Assembly (NCBI GenBank): GCA_965205865.1
Contig: CBDBHR010000027.1
Coordinates: forward strand, 128,001 to 192,000
Reading direction: 5' to 3'
DNA length: 64,000 nucleotides
Source of the DNA: a bacterium
GTDB taxonomy: Bacteria > SAR324 > NAC60-12
Shown here: positions 28,648 through 41,319 of the stretch, one piece after another
How the letters are laid out: each line of letters starts with the position of its first letter
Numbering within the stretch: the stretch's first letter is position 1
Program-made: the position numbers and the translations under genes
Notes under the pieces: model-generated
Seen by the model: only the letters and a program-made list of their open reading frames with translations
Database searches by the model: none
Told to the model about the DNA's origin: nothing

Positions 28648-29400
28648 TTAGTTGTTGCAGTGCATGAATAACTGCTGTTCAATAAAAAACAAGGTTTTTT
28701 CGAAAAATGACTGGGGAGGAATCTCATTTTCTTCAGGGGTACGATACTCTTCGGTATTTGGCGCATCAAAGTTCAACATTCGTCTGGATCTTGGAATTCG
28801 CAAAAAAAAAATCCTGAGCATCTGCAGCCAGGTTAATCTCAAATAAGAAGTCAAACGTTGCGCATAATACCATCGGGCTTCAGCCAGGTAAAACCGGCGG
28901 TTCCCTTGCAAACCGAATTGAAATACTTCCATTACTTCTCGGGGCAACTGATTAGTTTTTTGCGACAATTCCTCCCGCATTCGCTGAGCGCGAGGAGACT
29001 GAATCCCAATGGCTTCAAAATACATCTCTGCCAAATGCCTGGCGAGGCGTTGTTGGAGATAGGGATTGGAAGGGTCGATTTTCCTCAGATGAGTGATGTC
29101 AGACATATAATTAATTGGAGTCAATTTTTTCCTGTTTTTTAGTAGGTCAAACTCGTCAACGATGCTGCGAGCCATAATCATGAGCACAAAAAGGGACCCC
29201 AGAGCCAGAAAAAAAAACCACAAAAAAAGTTGCGGTAAACTGTCCACGATCAAGTACAACCACCATAAGGCGTCGATGACAGGAAGGAGGAACACTTCCT
29301 TGACCCAGCCTTTGATAAAAAACGCCACACCCCCTCCAATCAGAAATAAAGCGACGGATATAATTAAAAAATATAGATCACGATGATTGCGTTTCTTCAT
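28648..29400 (-). CDS. Hypothetical membrane protein
   Basis: Long ORF with N-terminal TM segments, overlapping end of DUF4129 gene. Confidence 0.6.
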   Translation of the reverse strand: MKKRNHRDLYFLIISVALFLIGGGVAFFIKGWVKEVFLLPVIDALWWLYLIVDSLPQLFLWFFFLALGSLFVLMIMARSIVDEFDLLKNRKKLTPINYMSDITHLRKIDPSNPYLQQRLARHLAEMYFEAIGIQSPRAQRMREELSQKTNQLPREVMEVFQFGLQGNRRFYLAEARWYYAQRLTSYLRLTWLQMLRIFFLRIPRSRRMLNFDAPNTEEYRTPEENEIPPQSFFEKTLFFIEQQLFMHCNN

Positions 29401-30241
29401 GAGCTTTCCGGCATGACTGAATGAGGGCAGCAAGACAGGCGGTACATTGTTTTTCTTCGATTTTTCCCACTTCCTTTCGTCCATAACGGACTTTTTCGAA
29501 GAGATGAGTCAGGTTTCGGACATGTTCTTGCGGAACCGCATAGTTGGACAATAAAGTCTCAAATTCTCTCGGAGTCATAATCGCAGCACGTTTGATTTGT
29601 TGATATCGATCCAGAATTTCCCCCATTTCCGCATAGCAGCGGATGATGACGTTTTTTAGATCCATACCGGACCGAACTTGTTCCAGCGCTTCCTCAGCTT
29701 TGATGCAAACCTCCTCGAGAGGAGAAGGCGCCGTGTTTGTACGGAGAAATTTAAATAGCCAGGCAACTCCTGCTATCAATCCCAGTACCAAGATTAAACT
29801 GATCAGGTAAACGAATGCATCCGAAGGTTCGACGGGCAGGGGCAAATTTATATGAGATTTTGAAGCGTTTTCATTTGCGGGTAAAGTTCCATCGGAAGAA
29901 TGCCAAAGTTCGTGGAGACGGTGGATTAATATACTGATCAGGATATAAAAACTAATCAATTGTATGGCAGCTTTAAGAATGATTCTCCAAACACGGGGAA
30001 CGACCGCCAGAAATATAAGCAAAATGACTAAAACAATACATGTAATCAGAAGGGAGGATTTGAAGAAAAATTGAGTTTTTTCTCCTGGAATCCGCGAAGC
30101 CAATTGAAAATCGAATAGGTGAAAAAAATAACCCGACTCGAATTGAACTTTCTCAATACCGGCGATCAAAATCAAAAGGGCAATGAGCAGCAACCCAAAA
30201 AGTAAAGTTCCCAAAACTCTTCTTATTTTCGAATCCTGCAT
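29378..30241 (-). CDS. DUF4129-like membrane protein
   Basis: TM N-terminus; IIRCYAEM...MTPREF...LTHLFEKVRYG. Confidence 0.8.
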   Translation of the reverse strand: MQDSKIRRVLGTLLFGLLLIALLILIAGIEKVQFESGYFFHLFDFQLASRIPGEKTQFFFKSSLLITCIVLVILLIFLAVVPRVWRIILKAAIQLISFYILISILIHRLHELWHSSDGTLPANENASKSHINLPLPVEPSDAFVYLISLILVLGLIAGVAWLFKFLRTNTAPSPLEEVCIKAEEALEQVRSGMDLKNVIIRCYAEMGEILDRYQQIKRAAIMTPREFETLLSNYAVPQEHVRNLTHLFEKVRYGRKEVGKIEEKQCTACLAALIQSCRKAHEETQSS

Positions 30242-30274
30242 GCGGATCTCAACCCGATTTGTATTTTGTTCTTT

Positions 30275-31015
30275 TCATCTTTTTTCAGCAGCATTTTGCA
30301 AGGCCCATTTGATTTGGGGTACCACACCACGAAGTAATGCCATTTCCGAAGCAGAAGGGCTGGAACGATAAAGAAGTTGTCTGAATTTTGTCATACAACT
30401 GGTTTGGGATTGAGGGTGTAAATATCCCACTTCCCTCAGTAAAGACGCCAATTGCTCCAGGTAGCTTTCCATGGCATCCAGAGAAGCAGGCTCTTCCGAA
30501 GGAATCCGTTCAGAATTGCCAGGTTGTTGGCGAAATAGTTCATAGCAACAAAGCGCAACTGCTTGAGCAAGATTGAGGGTCGGATACTTCGGGTGGGAAG
30601 GAATTTTCATCCATTGTTGGGACCATTGGAGTTCTTGATTACTCAGCCCACGTTCTTCGTTGCCAAAAAGCAAGGCAGCAGATTTTTTTGTTTCCAATAA
30701 CCAGGGAATCGCTTTTTCCGGGGTCTGCAAAGGACGAGAAATCACCCTCTCCCGGGTCGTGGTTGCCACGGCGCGTGAAAATCCCTTCAACGCTTCAGCC
30801 AGAGAGGAAACAATCCGTCCTTCTTCCAGGATGTCCTTGGCATGGACTGCCATTTTCAAAGCGTCATTGCAAAAAGGATCGCATCGAGGGTTGACCAACA
30901 CCAGTTTGCGCAATCCAAAATTTTTCATGGCGCGGGCGACGGACCCGACGTTCAAGGGGCCTTCTGGCTCTACAAGAACGATTTGCAGCTGCTCCAATTC
31001 CATTTTTTCCGCCAT
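30275..31015 (-). CDS. trmJ: SPOUT RNA methyltransferase, TrmJ/LasT family
   Basis: NVGSVARAMKNFG, LLFGNEERGLSN, LNLAQAV; start uncertain. Confidence 0.88.
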   Translation of the reverse strand: MAEKMELEQLQIVLVEPEGPLNVGSVARAMKNFGLRKLVLVNPRCDPFCNDALKMAVHAKDILEEGRIVSSLAEALKGFSRAVATTTRERVISRPLQTPEKAIPWLLETKKSAALLFGNEERGLSNQELQWSQQWMKIPSHPKYPTLNLAQAVALCCYELFRQQPGNSERIPSEEPASLDAMESYLEQLASLLREVGYLHPQSQTSCMTKFRQLLYRSSPSASEMALLRGVVPQIKWALQNAAEKR

Positions 31016-31155
31016 AACAGTCATCTTATCAATAGCATTCAGAAATACGTTGTTAGTATGTCTCATGGCAATAGGGGTTTGAGTACAAATAGAACTCCCT
31101 TTTTACTCAGTGTCTCATTTGGAAGCGAAAATTGGATTCGATGATGCATCTCCGG

Positions 31156-33078
31156 TTACTGTGAAAGGACTGGGGTCGGATCAATGGGTTCCGGCAAAGA
31201 AGGAGAGGTCCACATCGAATAACCCAATACCGGGGAGGCGACTGGAAAAAGCAATCGTTTTTCCACACCTACGTTGCTTGATTTAAGAATAGGATCGATG
31301 TTTTGATTGTAGCGTTGCAAATAACGTCGCGCTTCCTGGGGTTTGTCGAGTTGATACGCAATATAAACCATGCGATCAAGTAAAACTGTCTGCAAGGGAT
31401 GTTTCTGCTCCAATGCCTCCAAAATGACATCATAAGCCTGCTCCCATTTTTGTTCCGTCAAATAGGATGCGCTAAGGGCCACGATTAGATAAACGTTTTG
31501 GGGAAAGACTTCTAAACCCGCCAAGTAAGTTTCTTGAGCCGCTTTTTCATCACCTTGATATCGATAGAACTCTCCCACCAGATGGTGGATGAAGCCTTTT
31601 CCTTTTTGTTGTTGCAAAAAGGGCTGTACGACTGTGATCGCTTCTTCTAGTCTGCCAAGGCGGTGCAGTGTCGCTGCATGCAGATAAACACTCTCCCAGT
31701 CGCTTGGATATTTTTGGATCAAGGGAGTCGTAATGGGCAGGACCGATTGATATTTTTGTTGAAAATAGTAGACGCGACCCAGGGAGAAACGCAGAATGTC
31801 GTGATCTGCGATAACCTGAATTTGGCGGATGAGATTTTCTGCTTGTTCGTAGTTTCCCTGAAGAGTGAGCAGGTCGGACTGCAGTCTCAAGACTTCAGGA
31901 TCAAGCAGTTTTTTTCCCAATAGTCCTTTCAATTGTTGTTCGACTTCCTCCAGTTCGCCCTGCATCAATTTTCGACGAAGTTTCAAGAGTTGATAGGATT
32001 GGTTCAAAGGAGCCAGAACGATTGCCTGATTGAGCGAGAAATCCCCTTGGAGAAAATTCCTCAACTTAAAAAAAAGTGACGCCTGGAGAAAATAGGCCTG
32101 CGCCTGTCGATCGATTTCCAAACTGCGTTCCAACCATGTCAAGGCTTCCTGAAACGCTCCCTGTTGAATCAGGAGGGTTGCATACTCCACCATGATTTGC
32201 GCGTGCAGTGGATTGGATCGCAAAAGCGATTCCAGTATCTTTTTTGCCTCGTCCAATTTGCTTTGACGAAGCAGGATTTGCACGTGAATCAACTGATCAT
32301 TCAATTTTTGGTAGTGGTCCGATTTTTCAAGCATCCGGAGGGCGGTTGTCCATTCCTGCCGGGCAAATAAAATTTTTAATCTTTCATGCCATGCTTCATA
32401 GGAATTGGGATGTTTCTCCAGAAAACGATCTGTCAGGATTCTGGCATGGTAGTAATTGCCTTTTGCGGAATGTATTCGAATCCGTAGCAGCAGAATTTCC
32501 TGATTTTCGGGTTCCAGCGCCAAACCCGCCTCCACAGCCTCTTGGGCAGGATCATATTCTTGCTGAACAAAGTGCAGGCGTGCCAGATGATAGAGAGCTT
32601 CCACATATTGGGGTTCCCTGTTTAATCCTTCTTCAAGAGTGGCAATTGCATGTTCATTCTGACTGATTTTTTCATAAACCAGTGCCAGTCTCAAGTAGGT
32701 AGAAAGAAGATCCGGCTGCAAACGGATGGCTGATTTGAAGGCATTGATTGCCACGCTATAGCGCTTTATACGAAATGAAATGTCACCCAGCACTTCATAG
32801 AAAACACCGTTCGGAGGAGCAAGTCGCACTGCTTGTCTGATATGCTCTTCTGCCTTGACATAGTCTTGTTGTTCCAGAAAGGACAGCGCCAAACGATAAT
32901 GCAAAGTGGCATCTTTGGGATTTTCTTCCAATAACTTACTTTGCGTTTCAATGTTGTTTCCCGCTTGTCTGTTTGCAGGAGGGAGATTCGCAATGGTCGA
33001 TTGGGAAGAACGACAGCCACTCAAAAGGACGAAAGCGCTACCTGCAAATATTAATGACTTGAAGAAGATGTTATGCAT
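31156..33078 (-). CDS. TPR-repeat lipoprotein
   Basis: Lipobox LSGC; many TPR-like repeats. Confidence 0.85.
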   Translation of the reverse strand: MHNIFFKSLIFAGSAFVLLSGCRSSQSTIANLPPANRQAGNNIETQSKLLEENPKDATLHYRLALSFLEQQDYVKAEEHIRQAVRLAPPNGVFYEVLGDISFRIKRYSVAINAFKSAIRLQPDLLSTYLRLALVYEKISQNEHAIATLEEGLNREPQYVEALYHLARLHFVQQEYDPAQEAVEAGLALEPENQEILLLRIRIHSAKGNYYHARILTDRFLEKHPNSYEAWHERLKILFARQEWTTALRMLEKSDHYQKLNDQLIHVQILLRQSKLDEAKKILESLLRSNPLHAQIMVEYATLLIQQGAFQEALTWLERSLEIDRQAQAYFLQASLFFKLRNFLQGDFSLNQAIVLAPLNQSYQLLKLRRKLMQGELEEVEQQLKGLLGKKLLDPEVLRLQSDLLTLQGNYEQAENLIRQIQVIADHDILRFSLGRVYYFQQKYQSVLPITTPLIQKYPSDWESVYLHAATLHRLGRLEEAITVVQPFLQQQKGKGFIHHLVGEFYRYQGDEKAAQETYLAGLEVFPQNVYLIVALSASYLTEQKWEQAYDVILEALEQKHPLQTVLLDRMVYIAYQLDKPQEARRYLQRYNQNIDPILKSSNVGVEKRLLFPVASPVLGYSMWTSPSLPEPIDPTPVLSQ

Positions 33079-33111
33079 TGTATGACGAGCATTTGAAAAA
33101 AGTCGACGGTG

Positions 33112-33960
33112 TTACCTCGATGACGGAATAGAATAAGTGATTGATGGTCTGCTTTCATTGCCTCGGGAATCCACCAATCTTATTTGATAGAGAAAATCAT
33201 GTTTGGTTTTCATTTGAAAACCAATATAGAAAGGCTCAGCAACAGGATTCACATTGATAGGACGTTCCGGCCAGGACTGTCCCGGCAGGGTTTGGTAGAG
33301 GTTGACTCGGTAAAAAACAGGGCGTTGAGCAACTGATTTCTGGTTGGGAAAATAAAATTCAATTTTCTCTTGTAGAGGTTGCCAAGCAAAGCGCAGCAGT
33401 TGAATCCCTTCCAGGTTCGAGGGAAGCTGATCTGACAAATGCTCCAGTATCGGAAAAGAGTCAGTCGGCAACCAACTCCACAGTAGCACCGGAAGTGAGG
33501 GAAAATCCACGTATTGTGAGAAATGAATGGCCTGCGGCTCACTCAAATCTTCTCCTTCCAAATTTTGATGAGTGACAGTAAAAATATGAATTTTGAGTTC
33601 TTTTTGCAGAGATGACCGAAAATAGACACGTTGTCGCTCCACGACGAAATGACGTGACGGGAAGGGAAGGCTTTGGGTTCTCACCAACTCAGGTTGACAA
33701 GAGATACACTGGGGATCGAGTTCCATTTCTTCAATGAGAAATTGCTGCAGACCTGTTTCCTCAGGAACGGCCTTTTGCATCTTCCAGGAAAGACGGACAT
33801 GCTCTCCCCGTTGAATCGCTTCCAAACGAGCAAAAGTAGGAACCGGTTTGACCGGATGGGGTGGCGTACGGCGACCACATGCAGTCACGAGGATCAAACC
33901 AAAAAAAAACCCAAGAATAATAATTTTTGCGTAAACCCAGTGCAATCTCAGATCGACCAT
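33112..33960 (-). CDS. Hypothetical lipoprotein
   Basis: VTACGRRTPP lipobox; CISC; C-terminal VDSRGNES fibronectin-like end. Confidence 0.7.
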   Translation of the reverse strand: MVDLRLHWVYAKIIILGFFFGLILVTACGRRTPPHPVKPVPTFARLEAIQRGEHVRLSWKMQKAVPEETGLQQFLIEEMELDPQCISCQPELVRTQSLPFPSRHFVVERQRVYFRSSLQKELKIHIFTVTHQNLEGEDLSEPQAIHFSQYVDFPSLPVLLWSWLPTDSFPILEHLSDQLPSNLEGIQLLRFAWQPLQEKIEFYFPNQKSVAQRPVFYRVNLYQTLPGQSWPERPINVNPVAEPFYIGFQMKTKHDFLYQIRLVDSRGNESRPSITYSIPSSR

Positions 33961-34141
33961 TGCGGTGAAACGCTTAGAAATTTGTGAAAAAAATCATACG
34001 TACAAATGTCTTGGAATTGCCAACAATGAATTTGCCAAAACGATTTTTATATATTCCAATAGCTTGTCATTCTCAAGTTATTAGAGAAGAAAAAATGAAA
34101 TAATTCCTGTATGAGCAGTTCGTGAACTGATGCCAGATCAT

Positions 34142-34795
34142 TCACGCATCTTTTTTGATATAGAGGGGATTGACGATAGGAAAGTTGCCATTATAATGCT
34201 GATAGTAGTCACGACCAAGCTGCAATAGAGGATAGCCATCGGCAATGGCGTATTGCAAACCATGGAGGGGGAGTTGCTCAAAAAGGGCATCAGCAGAAGT
34301 TTTTCGAGTTACCAATCTTTTCAGCACGATCGTTTCTCCGGCTAGCCGCTCCCAAAGGGATTCGAGGATTGTCAATTGAATTTCCGTGTGTTGCTTCGGT
34401 TTGTGAGATTGATATTGAAAGCGAGCGTAAAACACTTCAGAACGGGCGCAGTTGAGCAGTACATAGAAGGGTTTTTTCGAGGGAGCTGCCATTGCCGCTA
34501 ACATCTCCAGAGATGTGATTCCAATCACGGGCTTCCGATAAATCTGCCCCAAAGTTTTTGCCACTCCCATGCCAATTCTCAGTCCCGTATAGGAGCCTGG
34601 GCCTTTGATGACCACGTAGCAATCGATTTGTCCCAATTCCATTTGTGCGTTTTCCAACAAACTTTGTAACGTTTGAAAAATCAGTTGCTCGCTTTGTCTG
34701 TTGCTGACGGAATAATAATTGGCAACTAATTCGTCATTTTTTGTCAAACTTATCCCCAGATAGAGAAAAGCTGTGTTCAGTGTGAGCATGTTCAT
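34142..34795 (-). CDS. tsaB: t6A biosynthesis protein TsaB
   Basis: GPGSYTGLRIG, PLY at C-terminus. Confidence 0.9.
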   Translation of the reverse strand: MNMLTLNTAFLYLGISLTKNDELVANYYSVSNRQSEQLIFQTLQSLLENAQMELGQIDCYVVIKGPGSYTGLRIGMGVAKTLGQIYRKPVIGITSLEMLAAMAAPSKKPFYVLLNCARSEVFYARFQYQSHKPKQHTEIQLTILESLWERLAGETIVLKRLVTRKTSADALFEQLPLHGLQYAIADGYPLLQLGRDYYQHYNGNFPIVNPLYIKKDA

Positions 34796-35255
34796 AGTGT
34801 ATGAGCGCTTTGAGTAAGGAATCGAAGGAGCCTTGCACCGGTTGAACTTCCACTATCCGAGTCTCGTCTGGCAAAGAATGCAAGGCCATCCATAGCTGTG
34901 GTTCGTTGGTCAGTAACGATCTGAGCAGTTCAGGCCATTCGACCAGGGTAATGCCATTCTCACTGATCAAATCGTCCCAGTCGAAATCCTCAAGATCCTC
35001 GGTAGAGGAGAGTCGAAAAAGATCCACATGATAAACTGGCCATAGTCCTTCGTAAATATTCACAAGAGTGTAAGTTGGAGAAATCACAACATCCGGATTT
35101 ACGCCCAAAGCCGCACAAATGCTTTTAGCCAGTCTGGTTTTTCCAGTACCAAGATCTCCTGACAATAACACGATAGACCCGGGTGTCAAATGGGTTCCAA
35201 TCAGCTTGCCAACGATTGCTGTTTCTTCTGGAGAATTCAGAATGAGCGAAACCAT
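34734..35255 (-). CDS. tsaE: t6A biosynthesis ATPase TsaE
   Basis: GDLGTGKT, SPTYTLVNIY, HVDLFRL, LVEW. Confidence 0.92.
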   Translation of the reverse strand: MVSLILNSPEETAIVGKLIGTHLTPGSIVLLSGDLGTGKTRLAKSICAALGVNPDVVISPTYTLVNIYEGLWPVYHVDLFRLSSTEDLEDFDWDDLISENGITLVEWPELLRSLLTNEPQLWMALHSLPDETRIVEVQPVQGSFDSLLKALIHYEHAHTEHSFSLSGDKFDKK

Positions 35256-35486
35256 TGATTTTAAGCAGCGGAATATCTTAACTTTCAATTGAAAACATAC
35301 CAACCAAATATTTACTATGGCGTAGGAGGCTGAGAAATCTCAAGGCAAAGAATGAGAACGGTCCTCCATTTGCTGATAGTAGTTGCATCGCAACGACAAA
35401 TATTGTATTCCTTCAAAAATCCATGTATAGAATGGACTCGTGTTTGACTGGCAGAACAAGGAAATTCTCATGGCAGGATTTGATGT

Positions 35487-37262
35487 ATGAGATTCAGTGC
35501 CGATTTCATTGAAAAAGTGTTACAGGCAGCTGACATTTTGTCCGTTGTGTCAGACCGTGGTATTCAATTAAAGCGCATCGGCGCTAATTATAGAGCTCTT
35601 TGTCCGTTTCATACTGAAAAAACCCCCTCATTCAGCGTCAATCCGCAACGAGGCTTCTTTTATTGTTTTGGCTGCGGCAAAGGAGGCAATTCAATCCAAT
35701 TTGTCAGGGACTTTGACAAACTGTCTTTTATCGAGGCAGTCACTGAATTGGCAAATCGCTTTGGCATCCCTCTGGAAGAGAGCCTCTCGACCAAATCCAA
35801 ACCCGACGATCGAATACTGCAAGCACTGCGTCAAGCGTCAAAATTCTATCATTCATTTTTGCTGCAGCAAGCGAATACCTGTCCTGGTGGGGATTATTTG
35901 CAAAAACGAGTCATTCCTTTCAGCACCTGGCAAACATTTCAATTGGGATTTGTGCCGGATGAGTGGCAATTGCTGTTTTTGCATTTGAGAAAGCAAGGAT
36001 TCAGTCAAAAAGAACTCCTACAGGCAGGAGTGATTAAAATCTCTCAAAAATCCGAACGCCCTTATGATACGTTTCGCAATCGTATCATTTTTCCTATTCG
36101 AGATATCCAGGGGCGTTGTATTGGTTTTGGAGGCCGCTCTATCGTTGCGGAGCAGCCGCCAAAATATTTGAACAGCGCTGATACGAAATATTATCATAAA
36201 AGCCAAATCTTGTACGGCTTTTATGAAGGGAAAGATGCCATTAAACAAAAAAAACAACTGATCTTGGTAGAAGGCTACCTCGATGTGATCCGCCTTCATG
36301 AATATGGGCTTAAGCACGCCGTGGCCACTTGTGGAACATCATTGACAGCAGAGCATGTGAATTTTGCCCGGCGATATGCTGATAAAGCCATTCTACTACT
36401 CGACGGGGACCAGGCCGGGCAAGCAGCAGCTTGGAGAAGTTGCCCCTTGTTTTTGTCAAACAAAATGGACGCCAGCGTCGTCGTTTTACCTCCCGGAGAA
36501 GATCCTGATTCTTTTTTGCTGAATCAAGGAATTGAAAAACTTTCTGAATTATTACAACAGGATCATCCTGTATTTGAATATTTGGTACAGCAATGTCTTG
36601 TTAAACATGGTCGCAATGTGCAGGGTCGTATTAAAGCAATTGAGGAACTCTTGCCACTAATTGAAGCAATTCAGGACGAAATGACACGCAATTTGACCAT
36701 TTCATACTTGGCAGAATTGGTCCATATTAGTGAAAAGGATATTTTAAAAAAAGCAGCAAAAACTTTGCATCGTTCACTAAACCATGATAGAATACTCGAT
36801 CTGAATTCCGTTGCGCCTGCAGCCGCTGAAAATCGGGATGAAAAGAGGATTTTACAAGTATTGCTGCATCTCAGAACCCCCATTGCTCTCGTGCGGGAAT
36901 TTCTGCGTATCATTGAATTTCACACGCCACATTTCCGACAAATATATGAACAACTGCTCCAGTTTTCCACCGAGGAGTTTCAAAGAATTCGCATCGAAGA
37001 GTTAGAGCAGCAGTTCCCAGAGCTTTATGTTCGATTGATGGAGCTCTATATGGAAGAGCTGCCTCAGGATCTGGAAGAGGCCACTGACGAAGTTAGAGAA
37101 ATGGAGATCAAACGATGGATACGACGCATCAAAGAAGGGTATTTAAAAAGGGAGTACGATGAGAAGTACGCCATACTGCAAACCGATGAAGAGCGATTCC
37201 GCGCTGGGAGAGATTTTCGAAAACAGAAAGAAGCCATGGATCAATTTTTACCACAGCGATAA
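35487..37262 (+). CDS. dnaG: DNA primase
   Basis: [15 protein letters not shown] zinc finger, KYLNS, VEGYLDV, DGDQAG. Confidence 0.97.
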   Translation: MRFSADFIEKVLQAADILSVVSDRGIQLKRIGANYRALCPFHTEKTPSFSVNPQRGFFYCFGCGKGGNSIQFVRDFDKLSFIEAVTELANRFGIPLEESLSTKSKPDDRILQALRQASKFYHSFLLQQANTCPGGDYLQKRVIPFSTWQTFQLGFVPDEWQLLFLHLRKQGFSQKELLQAGVIKISQKSERPYDTFRNRIIFPIRDIQGRCIGFGGRSIVAEQPPKYLNSADTKYYHKSQILYGFYEGKDAIKQKKQLILVEGYLDVIRLHEYGLKHAVATCGTSLTAEHVNFARRYADKAILLLDGDQAGQAAAWRSCPLFLSNKMDASVVVLPPGEDPDSFLLNQGIEKLSELLQQDHPVFEYLVQQCLVKHGRNVQGRIKAIEELLPLIEAIQDEMTRNLTISYLAELVHISEKDILKKAAKTLHRSLNHDRILDLNSVAPAAAENRDEKRILQVLLHLRTPIALVREFLRIIEFHTPHFRQIYEQLLQFSTEEFQRIRIEELEQQFPELYVRLMELYMEELPQDLEEATDEVREMEIKRWIRRIKEGYLKREYDEKYAILQTDEERFRAGRDFRKQKEAMDQFLPQR

Positions 37263-37288
37263 TTTCAAATTTCAGAAGAGAGATATCT

Positions 37289-39085
37289 ATGAGCAAACAG
37301 AGTGCGCAATCAATTGTTGACACGGCACCCACTCCGAAAAACCATGCAAAAATAATCAAAGACCTCATTGCTGAAGGAAAGGAAAAAGGATTTATCACGC
37401 TTGATGAAATCAATGCTCATTTAGGAGCCGATACTCCCAACGCGGATCAATTGGAGCGTATTTTTGATATTCTGGCTGAAATTGATATCGAGGTGGTCGA
37501 TTCCGCCAAAAATATCAGTCTGACCAAAGAGAAAAAAAGTTTTGAATTGGAAAACAAAGATGAGTTGGATCTGGAACCAGGTATTGATACTTCCACCGAT
37601 GACCCGGTGCGTATGTATTTACGGGAAATGGGAGGCATTGAACTCTTGAACCGAGATGGCGAAGTGGATGTTGCCAAGCGGATAGAAGAAGGGCAGTATG
37701 AATTGATTGCAATTTTTTCTCAATCGAATCTTGTGATCACTTATCTGTTTGAATTATCCAAAAAACTAAGGCAGAGCACCATGCGAGCGCGTCATATTGT
37801 TTCGGGGCTGGATGACGATGACAATGTGATTGAAGATGAAGCGGCTGCCGGTAAGCAACTGATTACAGTTTTGGCGAAAGCTCAAGACCATTATGAAGAA
37901 CTTCAGGCCATTCGTGCCAAGAGAAGCAGGTTAACCGACAAACAGAAGAAGAAAGCCAAGGAGTTGCGGGAGCAGATTGAGGGGTTGACGAAGAGCATCA
38001 ACTACAATTCCAGGCAGGTGGAAACCATGGGCAATGTGATGCTTAAGCATAAGGAAAAGATCGATCTCACTTATAAACAATTGCAATACTATAAAAAAAA
38101 TTTCCGCATTTCTCCTGCAGTGGCCAAATATCTTTTTAGTAGGTGGCTCAATACCACGAGCATTGATGAGAAAAACAGAATCTTGGAAATAATTGAAACG
38201 AAAAGCGGTTATGGTTTTAAAATCGCGCGACGCATTTTTGAAAAAATCCAAGCCTGCCAAAATCGAATCGACACCATGATTGAAGCAACCGCCCTCACTT
38301 GGCCTCAATTTAAAGAAGAAGTCAAACGCCTCAAGATTGCCGAGCGAAAGGTCAAGTTGGCTAAGAGCCAGTTGGTAGAAGCAAATTTACGATTGGTTAT
38401 CAGCATTGCTAAAAAGTACACCAACCGGGGATTGCAGTTCCTGGACCTCATCCAGGAAGGCAATATTGGACTCATGAAAGCAGTGGATAAATTTGAATAT
38501 CGGCGTGGTTACAAGTTCTCCACCTATGCCACTTGGTGGATTCGCCAATCGATTACCCGGGCTATTGCCGACCAGGCGCGCACTATCCGGATTCCCGTGC
38601 ATATGATCGAGACGATCAATAAGCTGTCCCGCACATCTCGGGCCTTGGTACAGGAATATGGTCGTGAACCGACTCCGGAAGAATTGGCAAAAAATATGGA
38701 CATGCCTCTCAATAAAGTACGCAAGGTGCTCAAAATCGCCAAGGAGCCTATTTCCCTGGATACTCCAATTGGGGATGACGAAGATTCACAATTGAAGGAT
38801 TTTATTGCTGATGAGAAGGCCAGCAATCCGGGAGATGCCTCCTCCTATTCCAATCTCAGCGAACTGACTCGCTATGCCTTGAGCACCCTGACACCTCGAG
38901 AAGAAAAAGTGCTGCGTATGCGTTTCGGTATTGATGAAAAAAAAGATCATACGTTGGAAGAAGTGGGGCAGGATTTTGACGTCACTCGGGAGCGCATCCG
39001 TCAAATTGAAGCCAAAGCGCTTCGCAAACTACGTCATCCAACTCGGAGCCGCCTATTGCGCTCCTTTTACGAAGGAGGACGTTGA
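37289..39085 (+). CDS. rpoD: Primary sigma factor RpoD
   Basis: [45 protein letters not shown]. Confidence 0.98.
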   Translation: MSKQSAQSIVDTAPTPKNHAKIIKDLIAEGKEKGFITLDEINAHLGADTPNADQLERIFDILAEIDIEVVDSAKNISLTKEKKSFELENKDELDLEPGIDTSTDDPVRMYLREMGGIELLNRDGEVDVAKRIEEGQYELIAIFSQSNLVITYLFELSKKLRQSTMRARHIVSGLDDDDNVIEDEAAAGKQLITVLAKAQDHYEELQAIRAKRSRLTDKQKKKAKELREQIEGLTKSINYNSRQVETMGNVMLKHKEKIDLTYKQLQYYKKNFRISPAVAKYLFSRWLNTTSIDEKNRILEIIETKSGYGFKIARRIFEKIQACQNRIDTMIEATALTWPQFKEEVKRLKIAERKVKLAKSQLVEANLRLVISIAKKYTNRGLQFLDLIQEGNIGLMKAVDKFEYRRGYKFSTYATWWIRQSITRAIADQARTIRIPVHMIETINKLSRTSRALVQEYGREPTPEELAKNMDMPLNKVRKVLKIAKEPISLDTPIGDDEDSQLKDFIADEKASNPGDASSYSNLSELTRYALSTLTPREEKVLRMRFGIDEKKDHTLEEVGQDFDVTRERIRQIEAKALRKLRHPTRSRLLRSFYEGGR

Positions 39086-40777
39086 TTCGAGAGTCCGGAC
39101 AGCATTTGTTTCCAATTTGACCCATGAATTCCGTAAGGTAACGATCCGATTGAATACGGGGGCTTTGGGTTGGGAATCAACAGGGTCCACAAAGAAATAT
39201 CCTTCTCTTTCAAACTGGTAGCGATCTCCAGGTTTCGCATCTTGAAGGTTCCTTTCCAAATGGCCTTTCACGATTTGCAAAGAGTGAGGATTGAGCATGG
39301 CGGCGAGATCCGTGTTTCTTTCTGCCGGATTTTTACTAAGCAAGAGCCGGTCATATAGGCGCACCTCGGCCACAAAGGAGTAGCTTGCCGAAACCCAATG
39401 AATAACACCTTTGACATTGCGGCCTTTTGGTTTCTTTCCCAGGGTGTCCGGATCATAGATGCAACGTAATTCGGTTACGTCCCCATTTTCATCTTTGATC
39501 ACCCGGTCACAGCGGATCACGTATCCATAACGAAGTCGCACTTCTTTGCCATGGGAGAGGCGCTTATATTTGGGAGGTGGCACCTCAACAAAATCATTGC
39601 GATCGATATAGATTTCCCTGGTAAATGGAAGGATGCGAGTTCCCATCTTTTCATTGGTCGGATGAAATCGGGCTTCGAGTTCTTCTACTTGATCTTCCTG
39701 AAAATTCTCGATGACGACCTTCAAAGGGTGTAAGACCCCCAGCACACGAAACGATCTCTCTTCCAGGTTCTGACGAACGCAGTCTTCCAGAACATACATT
39801 TCCGTGAGGGACTCGCTTTTGGAAATGCCAATGCGCTGGCAAAAGTTTCGAATTGATTTCGGTGTGTAGCCCCTCCGGCGAAATCCAGCCAGAGTCCACA
39901 TTCTCGGATCGTCCCACCCTCGGACGTGTCCTTCTTCCACCAATGTGATCATCTTGCGTTTGCTCATCAGCGTGTGTTCCAAATAGAGTCTGGAAAACTC
40001 TATCTGACGAGGATGACAAGTCGTTGCCAGTTCATCCAGAAACCAATCATAGAGGGGACGGTGATCTTCAAATTCCAGAGTGCACAAAGAGTGGGTGATT
40101 CCTTCGATGGAATCGGAAAGGCAATGAGTGAAGTCGTACATGGGATAAATCACCCACACATCTCCGGTTTGATGGTGAGACATGCGTCGAATTCGATAGA
40201 TAGTCGGATCGCGCATATTAAGATTAGGGGATGCCATGTCGATTTTGGCACGCAGGACATGAGTGCCGTCTTGAAATTCACCGGCCCTCATACGTTCAAA
40301 CAGATCCAGATTTTTTGTCACGCTCCGATTGCGATCGGGGCTGTCTTTTCCAGGCTCTTGCAATGTTCCACGGTATTCGCGAATTTTGTCAGGGCTCAGA
40401 CTGCACACGTATGCTTTGCCTTTTTTGATGAGAGTTATCGCGTGGGCATAAAGCTGCTCAAAGTAAGCGGAGGCAAAACGCAATCGGTCCTCCCAATCAA
40501 AACCGAGCCATCGTATATCTTCTTTAATGGCTTCCACGTATTCCGTGCGCTCCATACCGGGGTTGGTGTCATCAAACCTCAAATAACACTGACCTCCGTT
40601 TTCGGCTGCCAGACCAAAATTCAAACAGATTGTTTTGGCATGTCCAATATGCAGGAAGCCGTTGGGTTCGGGTGGAAAACGAGTAATCACCCTACCTCCA
40701 TTTTTACCGGCTTTCACATCTTCATCAATGATATTCCTGATGAAATTAGTAGCAGCGACTGATTCAATCCTGTTCAT
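39053..40777 (-). CDS. glnS: Glutamine--tRNA ligase
   Basis: [28 protein letters not shown]. Confidence 0.97.
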   Translation of the reverse strand: MNRIESVAATNFIRNIIDEDVKAGKNGGRVITRFPPEPNGFLHIGHAKTICLNFGLAAENGGQCYLRFDDTNPGMERTEYVEAIKEDIRWLGFDWEDRLRFASAYFEQLYAHAITLIKKGKAYVCSLSPDKIREYRGTLQEPGKDSPDRNRSVTKNLDLFERMRAGEFQDGTHVLRAKIDMASPNLNMRDPTIYRIRRMSHHQTGDVWVIYPMYDFTHCLSDSIEGITHSLCTLEFEDHRPLYDWFLDELATTCHPRQIEFSRLYLEHTLMSKRKMITLVEEGHVRGWDDPRMWTLAGFRRRGYTPKSIRNFCQRIGISKSESLTEMYVLEDCVRQNLEERSFRVLGVLHPLKVVIENFQEDQVEELEARFHPTNEKMGTRILPFTREIYIDRNDFVEVPPPKYKRLSHGKEVRLRYGYVIRCDRVIKDENGDVTELRCIYDPDTLGKKPKGRNVKGVIHWVSASYSFVAEVRLYDRLLLSKNPAERNTDLAAMLNPHSLQIVKGHLERNLQDAKPGDRYQFEREGYFFVDPVDSQPKAPVFNRIVTLRNSWVKLETNAVRTLESTSSFVKGAQ

Positions 40778-41319
40778 GGTTTCAATCCTTTCATGACCCT
40801 GCTACAGCGCATCGTCTACAGAAGGTGAAAAATATTTTAGTCTATTCAGAAAATCAAACATGTCGTAAGACGGAGTTGAAGGGTTTTGTCAATTTAGAAT
40901 ATAAATTGTTGCATCTTATCCTATCCATGAAAAGATCTTTTTTCAAAATCCGCTTATTTTTCAAAATCGTGATATTTAAAAGCCCTAACTGGTCTCTATC
41001 ATTTCAATCTCAAGGAAAATATTGTAGATTACGAAGATATATGGCAAGTCCATACATGGGATTTGAGAAAGCAGTTCACGCGCAACCGATGAAGGCGTTA
41101 ACAGAGAACAAAAATTTGTAGTTTCTCATTTGCAGAAAAGCAGAGGTTGGGCGGAGAATCTCAATCATTACGCGATCTAAAATCGCTTGTGGTTCGTTTT
41201 TAAAAAATTCCGGGGAATAATTGTGGAGGGATTGGTCTCCGTTTTCGGGTCAGGAGGACATCTAACTGACGGGAGATTCAAATAGAAGTCTATTCAACCG
41301 TACGTGGGGAGAGAAATTT

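Noticed and set aside
39053-39085. rpoD/glnS convergent 33-bp overlap (and tsaE/tsaB 62-bp overlap) as a regulatory device
   Set aside because: Short overlaps of unconserved tails are common; no further evidence.
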